Shown here: positions 37,619 to 46,103 of the stretch, in pieces
Position numbering within the stretch: position 1 is the first letter of the stretch
Layout of the letters: each line of letters begins with the position of its first letter
Source: an archaeon
Lineage (GTDB): Archaea; Nanobdellota; Nanobdellia; Pacearchaeales; GW2011-AR1
DNA: 64,000 nt
Direction of reading: 5' to 3'
NCBI GenBank assembly: GCA_038121585.1
Contig: JAYONY010000002.1
Coordinates: forward strand, 95,341 to 159,340
Made by a program: the position numbers and the translations under genes
The notes under the pieces: model-generated
What the model saw: the letters and a program-made list of their open reading frames with translations, nothing else
Told to the model about the DNA's origin: nothing
Database searches by the model: none

Positions 37619-38110
37619 ATGGAAAACAAACAAGTAGGGTACTTGCTCTTAGGTATTACTGTTCTTCTAATATTTATCATCTACTTGTTTAATGCTGCAT
37701 TGCATGAAATAGTCAATGCTTCATGTTCAGAAGCAGGGCATGGTGACTCCTGTCCAATGTATAATACGATTAATCGACAAACGTATCTTTCCATAGGTAT
37801 TACTTCGCTAGTTGGGTTACTCGGATTATTTATGATTTTCACTAAGCCAGCTAAAGAAGTTATTGTTAAGACAAAAACTGTTACGAAACCTAAGAAGGTC
37901 TTTGATATTTCTGAACTTACAAAAGAAGAGTTACGGGTGTTTGAACTTGTTAAGGAGCAGAAAGCGGTTTTCCAAGCAGATCTTATTGAAAAAACAGGCT
38001 TTGGGAAGGCTAAAATGACTCGTATTATTGATCGTCTAGAGGGGAAGCGTATTGTAGAGCGAAAACGTCGCGGAATGACTAATATTGTAGTGCTGTTAGA
38101 AGAAGATTAA
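37619..38110 (+). CDS. Membrane-tethered winged-helix regulator with Cys/His/Met loop (candidate copper sensor)
   Basis: TM1, loop CSEAGHGDSCPM, TM2, then FQADLIEKTGFGKAKMTRIIDRLEGKRIVERKRRGMTNIVV (wHTH). Paralog at 62344..62838. Confidence 0.6.
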   Translation: MENKQVGYLLLGITVLLIFIIYLFNAALHEIVNASCSEAGHGDSCPMYNTINRQTYLSIGITSLVGLLGLFMIFTKPAKEVIVKTKTVTKPKKVFDISELTKEELRVFELVKEQKAVFQADLIEKTGFGKAKMTRIIDRLEGKRIVERKRRGMTNIVVLLEED

Positions 38111-38166
38111 AGCAATCTAATGCGATAGTAACTAATCATTATTAATTATGAAAATAGGAAAATAAA

Positions 38167-38178
38167 ACGCCCCAACCG
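38167..38178 (+). repeat. att-like core copy 3 (ACGCCCCAACCG)
   Basis: Exact 12-mer. Confidence 0.7.
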
Positions 38179-38320
38179 AAGGGTGCATGGTTCTGTGACA
38201 ATTTAGTAATGTTAATTTCTAAAGGTTCTTAGAGGTTAAATAATTTGCTCTTTTTCAATCACATCTGTTTGAGATGACGTGCTTCTATCAGCTATAAAAA
38301 ACGAGCATTTAGTAAGTTTA

Positions 38321-38426
38321 TATTTTATCGCGTGCTTCAACTTTCTCTTTATTTTTTTACTTTAGTGGCGCGCCACCGACAATAATTTAGTCGAACAAAG
38401 TTCGACAGCACGCACGCGATAAAATA
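38321..38426. other. Composite inverted-repeat element
   Basis: 15-bp arms TATTTTATCGCGTGC / GCACGCGATAAAATA enclose palindrome GTGGCGCGCCAC (38365..38376) and hairpin GTCGAACaaaGTTCGAC (38390..38406). Confidence 0.5.
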
Positions 38427-38463
38427 GGTTAATCTTTATATAATTCTTTTAGCAAGTTAAAAA

Positions 38464-38757
38464 ATGTCTCAAAATAATGATAATAGAGAATTTATTGGTG
38501 AGTTCATTTCAGATAGTTGTCAATTATTAATTGTAGATCCTTCATGCTTGTATAATTTTAAAGAAAATGGCGAAGAAAGAAAAATGGACCTTACATATTC
38601 AGGGTGTTGTAATGCAACATTGTCAAAAGAGGGATATGGTGCTTTGAACAAGGATCAGGGGTTTGCTACTAGTGTTGGAGATGGTGAAACGAACTACAAA
38701 ATCTATGTGAAAAAGGAAAATGATAAAATTAAGAGAATAACAATAGAATTTCCTTAA
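38464..38757 (+). CDS. Hypothetical protein
   Basis: 97 aa, ATG start, no recognisable motif. Confidence 0.4.
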   Translation: MSQNNDNREFIGEFISDSCQLLIVDPSCLYNFKENGEERKMDLTYSGCCNATLSKEGYGALNKDQGFATSVGDGETNYKIYVKKENDKIKRITIEFP

Positions 38758-38768
38758 TTAAGTAACCA

Positions 38769-39809
38769 TTATATCTTATAGTTGATCCCGACTACGTCGC
38801 GCAGCTCTCTTAATTTTTCAGAAGCAATTTCTCGAACCTCATCTCTCCCTTTTCTTAGGACATCGTATGCTCTATCATCTGATATGGATTCTCTTTTTTT
38901 TCTGAAAGTTTCAAGAGTTGGGTTGAGTGCTTTTACTAAATCGCTTTTACAGTAGCCGCAAAGAAGATCTCCTTCAATGCATCTTTTTTCAATTGAGCTT
39001 GCTTCATCATTGAATAGTTTCTGATATTCATAAACAGAGCATGATTCTGGATTTCCCACATAGCCTCTGCTCTCAATCTTTTCTGGATCTGTAGGCATTT
39101 TCCGTATTTTTTTAGCATATGATTTGTCTCCTTCGCCTAAATCTATCGTGTTTCCAAAACTCTTACCCATCTTCTTTCCATCCGTTCCAATTAACACTCC
39201 GTCCAGTATTTCGAGCCCTTGAGGTACTCTAAACAGATCGTAACCTGCAACATCATTTACTTTTCTTGCAATCTCTCTGCTGATTTCCAAGTGAGGCATT
39301 TGATCTCTTCCAACGGGTACAATTGTTCCGTCATTTGCTAAAATATCTCCTGCTTGCAACACGGGATATAGGAATAATGAGGCGCTAGGTGATTTCTGCT
39401 TGTCCTTCCAATCTTTCAATGTGGGATTTCGTTCTAGGCGTGATGCAGTAACAAAGTTTGTTAGCAGATAGCCTATTTCATAATGCTCGGGTACTGTTGA
39501 CTGAGCATACAATGTTGATTTTTCAGGGTCAATCCCTGCGGACAATAGTTCTTTCGTAAAATCTAGTGTTCTACGCTCAGCGTTCTTAAAATCCTCTTTT
39601 GTGTTGCTTGTGGTCATTGTGTGAACGTCTGCTATCATAAATGATGGCTTTTCTAATGTGTCTTCGCTTGATGAGGTCTCTTGGAGTTCTAAATAAGGTC
39701 TTAGGACTGCTACTAAGTGGCCTAGGTGTAATTTTCCTGTTGATCTCATACCAGTCATTACTCTGTGCTTGCCTTCTGTTTTATCAAGTAATTCTGTGAT
39801 GTCTCTCAT
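38769..39809 (-). CDS. trpS: Tryptophanyl-tRNA synthetase, bacterial-type, with C-terminal Cys4 motif
   Basis: GKLHLGH (HIGH), VPVGRDQMPHLEISREIARKVN, KKMGKS (KMSKS), C257-x19-C-x6-C-x2-C. Confidence 0.75.
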   Translation of the reverse strand: MRDITELLDKTEGKHRVMTGMRSTGKLHLGHLVAVLRPYLELQETSSSEDTLEKPSFMIADVHTMTTSNTKEDFKNAERRTLDFTKELLSAGIDPEKSTLYAQSTVPEHYEIGYLLTNFVTASRLERNPTLKDWKDKQKSPSASLFLYPVLQAGDILANDGTIVPVGRDQMPHLEISREIARKVNDVAGYDLFRVPQGLEILDGVLIGTDGKKMGKSFGNTIDLGEGDKSYAKKIRKMPTDPEKIESRGYVGNPESCSVYEYQKLFNDEASSIEKRCIEGDLLCGYCKSDLVKALNPTLETFRKKRESISDDRAYDVLRKGRDEVREIASEKLRELRDVVGINYKI

Positions 39810-39900
39810 AAATTTGAGGAATTTATACCATATATAAAATTTACCATTATGGAGTGAGGATAAAAGTTAAGTTTTTATACTAGTTTTAGTCATAGATTTG

Positions 39901-41499
39901 ATGGATAAGACTATTAAAGAGTTATTTGGTGAGGAGGAGAAAGTTGACTTTGAGGATCTTGCTAATAAGATTATACAGGTAGGGGAAAAAATCCCAGAGA
40001 TCCCAAAGAACAGCCCTTACCTTGGGAGAAATGAAAGGAATTTCATAATTTCAGAGGAGCCTTGTGATGCTGATGATTTATTCGAGAACATCGCAGGATT
40101 CTTTTCAGATTCAATAAATTGGAAATCAGCTAGGGCGATGTTAAATGTAACGCCTCCTGCTGTAATCTCAGGGGTAGCTGCCTCATCAATAGTATCTCTT
40201 CTTAACCCAAATGGAGTATGGGATATAGCTTCAGGTAGGCTATTGGAATTAGAACAGAATCTAAGCAAATATTTCAGTGATCTAATTGGATGGGAAGAAT
40301 CAAACGGGTTCTTTACTTTTGGTGGAACATCTACAAATCTTTACGGTATTAAACTTGGATTGAATAAGGCGAACGAAAATGCGGCAAGTCAGGGAACTAT
40401 TGGTGCGGACAATGTTGTCTTCTCAAATAATGAGGGCCATTCATGTCATGTCTCGGTTTGTAACTGGTTAGGGATTGGAACTGAAAATTGTATTCGTATG
40501 AAAAATAATGCCTCCGGTGAGGTAGATTTTGACTCACTTATTAATGGAATTGAGAAAGCCATTCTCGATGGGAAGAAGGTTGCATGTATCGTATTAAATG
40601 GGGGGAGTAATTTTGATGGCGTTATTGATCCAATTGGGAGGGTATCTGAAAAATTAGTTAAATTGAAGAATAAGTATTCATTGGATTACTTGCCTCACAT
40701 TCATGTTGATTCTGTTTTGGGATGGGTATATCTTTTATTTAAGGAGTATAACTTCGTAGAAAATCCTCTTAACATTTCTGAGCAGATATTAGCAACCATT
40801 AAGAAAAGTGTAGATGAGATTTCAGAACTTGAATATGCTGATTCAATGGGTATCGATTTTCATAAAACTGGTTATTGTTCATATCTATCCAGCATGTTTA
40901 TCTCGAAGAATAAAAAGGACTGGGCTCATTTCTCAGGCGGAGAGGATATTTTTTCACATCAATCTTTTGATAGGGGTAAGTATCAACCAGGTAAGTTTAC
41001 TTTAGAAACTTCCCGGCCTCTAAATGGTGCAGTTTCTGCTTATATAACCTTGAATGCGCTCGGGTTGAATGGTGTCCGCAAGGTCATTGTTGGATTGTAT
41101 GAGGCCTCATTAAACTTAAAGAAAAAATTATCTCAAGATGAATGTTTTGTTATTGGCAATATGAATCCTCAGAATTGGGCAACAATATTCATGGTTTCTA
41201 GAGATAAAAGGAAAAAAAGCCTCTCGGATTTTATGGGTCTAGATGAAGTTGAATTAAAAAAACACAATGATCTTCAGAAAGAATTCTATAATTATGTAAT
41301 GGATAAATCAAATGATGATGATCGTTGGTTGTTAGGATTTGCAAGTTCGTACAAAAAAACACAAAAAGGGTTTTCAATAGCCGGATTGAAGAGTTATCCT
41401 ATGTCACCATACTTTACAAAAGAAAAAGCAGATGAATTATCTGTTTGGCTTCATAAGAAGCGCGAAGATTTTCTAGAGCTAAAGAATCAAGCTGTTTAA
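39901..41499 (+). CDS. Group II PLP-dependent decarboxylase
   Basis: SNNEGHSCHVS, HIHVDSVLGW, DSMGIDFHKTGY (PLP lysine). Confidence 0.7.
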   Translation: MDKTIKELFGEEEKVDFEDLANKIIQVGEKIPEIPKNSPYLGRNERNFIISEEPCDADDLFENIAGFFSDSINWKSARAMLNVTPPAVISGVAASSIVSLLNPNGVWDIASGRLLELEQNLSKYFSDLIGWEESNGFFTFGGTSTNLYGIKLGLNKANENAASQGTIGADNVVFSNNEGHSCHVSVCNWLGIGTENCIRMKNNASGEVDFDSLINGIEKAILDGKKVACIVLNGGSNFDGVIDPIGRVSEKLVKLKNKYSLDYLPHIHVDSVLGWVYLLFKEYNFVENPLNISEQILATIKKSVDEISELEYADSMGIDFHKTGYCSYLSSMFISKNKKDWAHFSGGEDIFSHQSFDRGKYQPGKFTLETSRPLNGAVSAYITLNALGLNGVRKVIVGLYEASLNLKKKLSQDECFVIGNMNPQNWATIFMVSRDKRKKSLSDFMGLDEVELKKHNDLQKEFYNYVMDKSNDDDRWLLGFASSYKKTQKGFSIAGLKSYPMSPYFTKEKADELSVWLHKKREDFLELKNQAV

Positions 41500-42303
41500 G
41501 TCAGAAACGATTTTAGATTCATCTAGTTCGCCCTCAAGAACAGTTATGGGCGAAATAAAATTGTCGAGTTCTGTAAATGATTCTTTCTTTGAGAATTTCT
41601 TGTATCCGGGTAGTTCTTTGAGTAATTCTTCAATTTTTTGTATTCTGTCTTCATTGCTGTTTGCAAAGTTCACAAACTTCTTCCAGTAAGCTTGGTGATT
41701 ATCTCTCATAAACTTAAGATTTGAGGTATAGCTGTAGTTCTCGACTCCCCAAAACTTAGAAAATGTTAGGGCAATTAGTCCATGAATTTGAAGGCAAACA
41801 AGGTCAGAAATATCTTTATCAACAGGAAGATAGTACTTTGCTTTGTTTACTCGCCAAAAATAATGGAACCAAACAGAGTCAAGCTCTGATTCAAATGTCT
41901 TGAAAGTAGAGTCTCTCAATGCTATTTCCTTTATTTTTTGATAAAGGGCATCAGACTTTGAAAAAAGAGTTTTACCTTCTTTCAATATCACATTAAATAA
42001 ACGAGGTCTTGTATTGTTTATGATTTCATTTTCCTCGAAGATAAGGATATCAAGGAGTCTATTGTTTTTTATGTAGTGAAGACACTGAATGTGCTTTTCT
42101 TTATAATCATCTTTTACGATAATTGCAAGATCAATATCTGAATTCTCGAGCTGTGAGCTTTTTGAATATGATCCAACCAAAACTGCTCCTCTTATATCTT
42201 CTGATTCTCTAAACTTTTTTATCAGATTTGGATAAGAGCTTTGCAGAAGTTTATCGATCTGTTCAACTAGTTCTTCATCAAAGTAGGCTTTATTTTTTTC
42301 CAT
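41479..42303 (-). CDS. Pol-beta-superfamily nucleotidyltransferase with helical C-terminal domain
   Basis: LVGSYSKSSQLENSDIDLAII (GS..x..DxD). Overlaps the upstream TrpRS gene by 14 nt. Confidence 0.6.
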   Translation of the reverse strand: MEKNKAYFDEELVEQIDKLLQSSYPNLIKKFRESEDIRGAVLVGSYSKSSQLENSDIDLAIIVKDDYKEKHIQCLHYIKNNRLLDILIFEENEIINNTRPRLFNVILKEGKTLFSKSDALYQKIKEIALRDSTFKTFESELDSVWFHYFWRVNKAKYYLPVDKDISDLVCLQIHGLIALTFSKFWGVENYSYTSNLKFMRDNHQAYWKKFVNFANSNEDRIQKIEELLKELPGYKKFSKKESFTELDNFISPITVLEGELDESKIVSDLNSLIL

Positions 42304-43381
42304 AGGCTATCTCGTTAGCTATTTCTCTGAATGATTCAACCTTCACCTGATGTTTCGAAAGGGTTTCTGTTAGGAATTCAATACAGATTTTCTTTAGTTC
42401 TCCTGTTGACATTTCTCCAGATTTGTATCTTGTGTATGTTTCCTGTACAAGTTTTGTGTCTGGATGATGCAGCTGAAGAATTTCATATGCCTTATCGACT
42501 TCGGGAATTCCTCCCAACTTCTTATGCTCTTCAATAGTTTCTCTTCCGCCTGAAAAAGCGCGGTTAATTTTTCGTTTAATATCTGAGGGGTTATCATTTA
42601 AGAAAATAGCAGAATCTTTTATTGAGGCACTCATCTTCATATCCTTTTGCAGCCCTGTTTGATGGACAAAGAATGCAAATGATGGCTGAACAAAACCGTA
42701 TGGTAATCTTCGAGATATATCTCTGCAAATTCGAGCATGAGGGTCTTGCTCTACTCCAATACATGTAATTGAAGGCATAGGTCCAAAATTTTCCTTAAGT
42801 TGAAGATGCAGAATATCTGCATATTGAAGGATATTTGCAGATAATTTTCCCGGATTGACATGTCCATATGTTGCTCTGAAAGCATTTTCTGTGATTTTCT
42901 TTGAAGCTTCAAAAGCTAGTTGGAAATAGGAGGGTTTCTGCTGGCTTTGGACATAGATCTCTTCCTTTTTAACCCCAAATGCAAGTAAGTGAGCGACTAT
43001 ATCTGCTGCATACTTTTTAGCTTCCTTCATTGAAGGAACCTTATCATCCGGTCTTGAAACAAACGCATCAATATCTGATATTACACATCTACTAATTGCA
43101 CCTAACTCTCGAAACATGAGGAATATGTCGATATCTAACTTGTGGCCTAAATGCAATGGTCCTGAAGAAGCGATCCCTGTGAGTTGTATGAATGGCTGTT
43201 TATTCTTTATTCGCTGAGCAATTTTGTCTAGATCTCTATGTGCTAGGAGTATCTTTCGTTTAAGCAAGTAATGATCTGTATTCAGATAATTTTCTGGAAT
43301 TTCTTTTAAACCAAATTCTTTCAAGAGTTTTTCATCAATTTTTATCTCGTCTGAGCCCCAAGGGTCTATTTGTTTTTGCAT
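42290..43381 (-). CDS. Tryptophanyl-tRNA synthetase, archaeal/eukaryotic-type
   Basis: IDPWGSDEIKIDEKLLKEFG, SSGPLHLGH (HIGH), GVEQDPH, MKMSAS (KMSAS), AFSGGRETIEEHKKLGGIPEVD. Confidence 0.7.
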   Translation of the reverse strand: MQKQIDPWGSDEIKIDEKLLKEFGLKEIPENYLNTDHYLLKRKILLAHRDLDKIAQRIKNKQPFIQLTGIASSGPLHLGHKLDIDIFLMFRELGAISRCVISDIDAFVSRPDDKVPSMKEAKKYAADIVAHLLAFGVKKEEIYVQSQQKPSYFQLAFEASKKITENAFRATYGHVNPGKLSANILQYADILHLQLKENFGPMPSITCIGVEQDPHARICRDISRRLPYGFVQPSFAFFVHQTGLQKDMKMSASIKDSAIFLNDNPSDIKRKINRAFSGGRETIEEHKKLGGIPEVDKAYEILQLHHPDTKLVQETYTRYKSGEMSTGELKKICIEFLTETLSKHQVKVESFREIANEIAYGKK

Positions 43382-43701
43382 GGTTATGTCACAAATTTAG
43401 GATTTATAAGTTATCTTATCTAGCAGGATTATTGATTTTTATAATCGGTGCATTTGGGACATGCCCTGAAATACACCTCTTTGTAACTATTCACTCAAAA
43501 TAAGTTTATCAAATGTTAGGGAGTTGCACTATATCTAAATAAAGAGCTACACTGCGTTTCGCTCTTTAAATACGCTTCACCCAGTTGAGAAACCTCCAAT
43601 TTCTCCCTAATTTAGTGAGGGAGAAATCGTTCGGCGTGGATGAAGGACGGGGGAATTAGAAATAAGAAGCAGGGTTAGAAAGAAAGGGGATTACAGAGGG
43701 A

Positions 43702-43887
43702 TTAATTATTAAACAATCTTTTTGCCAAATGGTCAATTTTTCGCTCTATGCGGAAAATATCAGTTCTTTCTCGCAGTATCTGTCTTATGAGTTGTGAGAG
43801 GGAAAGATCTTTTTCTTCAGCCTCATCACGTAATTTATTATGAAGGTGCGTGTCAAGATTAAAGTGTATCTGGGAGTTTTTCTTCAT
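43702..43887 (-). CDS. Ribbon-helix-helix (CopG-like) protein
   Basis: IHFNLDTHLHNKLRDEAEEKDLSLSQLIRQIL. Confidence 0.55.
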   Translation of the reverse strand: MKKNSQIHFNLDTHLHNKLRDEAEEKDLSLSQLIRQILRERTDIFRIERKIDHLAKRLFNN

Positions 43888-44313
43888 TAGTAATCCTCCT
43901 CGTAAAAGGTGTTAGATCTTGATTCTTGTAAAAGTATAAGTGAGTCGATTCTTTGCAGGATTTTATCTCCTAGGTCTTTGATTAGTAGTTCTGTGCTTTG
44001 AGTTCTTTTATTTGAAAGCATAAATGTAGTTCCTCAAGTTTATTTTTAAGAAAGTACCAACACTTTCTTTGATTTAACAGCGCTAGGTCTGAGGGGTATA
44101 TAAGGAAGTGCGGACACTTTTTTCAGAATCTTCTAGGGAGAGTCTCAAGCAAGACTTTGTAAATCAATTTTTTAGCGAATATAGCTTGGTGTTTGCAGTG
44201 TTTCTTTTTCTTGTTTTTTTGAGTCTTTTTCTAAGATTTCATCACACATTGTAAGAAACAATTTAACTTGTTCATCTAATTCTTCAGAAGTAAGCATTGA
44301 CATATGCCTCCTT

Positions 44314-45531
44314 TCATGAATCATTGTTAATGAGGTATAATTCTTTTTTGGGTTTTTGATTGGTCATCATCTCAGCTAAAACTTCAGTTCTTTCTAGAAT
44401 TTGTTTCATTTGTGTTTCTAATGATTGAACTCGTTCTTGTAGTAATTTCTTTTCTTGTTCTGTTTTTTTGAGTCTTCTTTCATGTTCTGTAATGGATATG
44501 TCTAGCATAAGGTCTTCTTCTGTGATTGTATCATTAAGCCCTAAAAAATCAGTGTACTCGAATACTTTGTCATTTTTCTTCCATCCGAAGCGATATTGTA
44601 AGGCTGATTGTTGCTTGTATCTCGGCAGCCAATAACATGCTGAAGAATGTCTAAAGTCGTAAAGCGTAAGCTCTGAGTATCTTTTGCCTCCAGAGCTTAT
44701 ATTATCCCCCAAAACCTTCTTAGCTAGGCGTTTTAGGTACTGATTGGTGACTGAGGGACTTATTTTGAAGAGATAGTCCTCTTGACTGAGATGATTCTCT
44801 TTAATATGCTCTTTGAGTATTTCAGGACAGAGCATTAATTTTATCTTTCTGCCAATAATTTTGCTGATTTCATCCCTAATGTGTAATTCACTATAATCTT
44901 TATTTAAGTCAGAGACTAAAACGTTTGAAAGCTCTGTTGGAGCCCTGATTCCTGTATCAAACAAAAAAAGCATTAGCGCTTTGTACTTGAATTTTGCTCT
45001 ATTACATAGTTTTTTGACATCATGTTCTGTTAAGTAAGTCCATTTATGTTTCTCTACACTAGAATCTAAGTAGATAGTAATATCTTCTAGTGCTTCTCCT
45101 TGTTTCTTTCTAACCAACATTAACCAATGCCAAAATGTTTTGAAGTTTTTCACAAAGTAACCTGTTGATTGATAGGGCTTGCCATTTTGTTTAGTGATTT
45201 CACCTTTTCTCATTCCACTAATAATTTGATGAATTTGTTTCTCAGATATTTTTGATATGTCTTGTAATTTGAATAAACTCTCTGTAGTTCTAGTAAAAAA
45301 CATTAACTTATCTCGTAAGGTGTTTAATCTAATGTAACTTCTAGGGCCCTTCTTACTTCTGACTGAAACGTTAAGCCCATGCTCCATATCAAAAATAAAG
45401 TCTTTAATTAGCTCAGAATTAGCCTTACTAACGCCTTCTATTCCGTTCTCAGAAGCTTTTTTCCACTTCTCAAACTTCCGCTTGTGATTGTGTGGATCTT
45501 TCTTTTCTGCCATGCTGTACGAGAGAACCAC
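44314..45531 (-). CDS. Tyrosine recombinase/integrase with C-terminal coiled coil
   Basis: DTGIRAPTEL (Arg I), LYDFRHSSACYWL (box II), FGWKKNDKVFEYTDF (Tyr). Confidence 0.75.
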   Translation of the reverse strand: MVLSYSMAEKKDPHNHKRKFEKWKKASENGIEGVSKANSELIKDFIFDMEHGLNVSVRSKKGPRSYIRLNTLRDKLMFFTRTTESLFKLQDISKISEKQIHQIISGMRKGEITKQNGKPYQSTGYFVKNFKTFWHWLMLVRKKQGEALEDITIYLDSSVEKHKWTYLTEHDVKKLCNRAKFKYKALMLFLFDTGIRAPTELSNVLVSDLNKDYSELHIRDEISKIIGRKIKLMLCPEILKEHIKENHLSQEDYLFKISPSVTNQYLKRLAKKVLGDNISSGGKRYSELTLYDFRHSSACYWLPRYKQQSALQYRFGWKKNDKVFEYTDFLGLNDTITEEDLMLDISITEHERRLKKTEQEKKLLQERVQSLETQMKQILERTEVLAEMMTNQKPKKELYLINNDS

Positions 45532-45593
45532 GAGTTGTATATAACCAACTTGTATAGTTCTTGTACATCACTATAATATCACAAAAAGAGTAT

Positions 45594-45605
45594 ACGCCCC
45601 AACCG
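45594..45605 (+). repeat. att-like core copy 4 (ACGCCCCAACCG)
   Basis: Exact 12-mer about 60 nt upstream of the integrase start (45531). Confidence 0.7.
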
Positions 45606-45699
45606 GGCATCACGAGAAATTTCAACGCCCTTTCTGGCGAGGATTATTCGCTCTTTTAGTATGTTAAGATGGATAGTGTCTTCTTGTATTTATAATTTC

Positions 45700-45987
45700 C
45701 TACTCTTTCCTACATAAATAAAGCAATATCGGCACGCTATTCTCATCTATCTCTTTAAGCGCTTTTCTTGCTTCTTCGTGGTTTTTATGGACTACCATTT
45801 TGTATCCGAATTTGTCTGTTTTGTCTCGTAGTTGTGGGAATTCGTGGAGTATTTCTTTTTTGAGTCGAAGGATGTTCCATGCTTGGTGTCCTTCGCTGTA
45901 GAACAGTTTGCCGTCTACTATCACCGCCTCTTTGTTTGGAGTCAGCACGAGGGAGACTCCTTTGAGGGAGGGCTTTTTGGCAGACAT
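45700..45987 (-). CDS. Hypothetical protein
   Basis: Trimmed to ATG 45987. No motif recognised. Confidence 0.35.
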   Translation of the reverse strand: MSAKKPSLKGVSLVLTPNKEAVIVDGKLFYSEGHQAWNILRLKKEILHEFPQLRDKTDKFGYKMVVHKNHEEARKALKEIDENSVPILLYLCRKE

Positions 45988-46103
45988 TTGATGTAATTCT
46001 AGAGTGATAAACAATATATAAATGTATCGTATGCATATTATTGAAACAAATGTTTACAATCAATACATTTAAATAGCGTCCCTAATAGGATTGTGTGCTT
46101 ACT

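Larger units (their letters stand above)
33522..38178. mobile_element. E2: integrase-less segment between att copies 2 and 3, carrying copper cassette A
   Basis: Bounded by exact 12-mers. Its left arm resembles the left arm of E4, and its cargo is homologous to cassette B in E4. Confidence 0.45.
38167..45605. mobile_element. E3: integrase-bounded island carrying two TrpRS genes, a PLP decarboxylase and a nucleotidyltransferase
   Basis: Bounded by 12-mer copies 3 and 4. A tyrosine recombinase sits at the right end, about 60 nt from copy 4. Confidence 0.6.

Noticed and set aside
38367-38374. AscI site GGCGCGCC as a possible cloning scar or engineered junction.
   Set aside because: It lies in the centre of a larger natural-looking palindrome nested in a 15-bp inverted repeat. 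There is no vector-like sequence nearby.
43382-43700. T-box or other leader RNA upstream of the archaeal-type TrpRS gene.
   Set aside because: A TATA-like box (CTTATAAATCC) sits about 25 nt from the ATG, so the transcript is probably leaderless. The remaining ~260 bp has only two short hairpins (e.g. 43600..43626) and a purine-rich tract, with no T-box-like conserved elements that I can recognise.
27553-45605. tRNA gene as the integration target at the att copies.
   Set aside because: I looked on both strands around all four 12-mers for T-loop-like GTTCRAATC with flanking stems and for acceptor-stem pairing, and found none. A tRNA may still exist beyond the right edge of the window.
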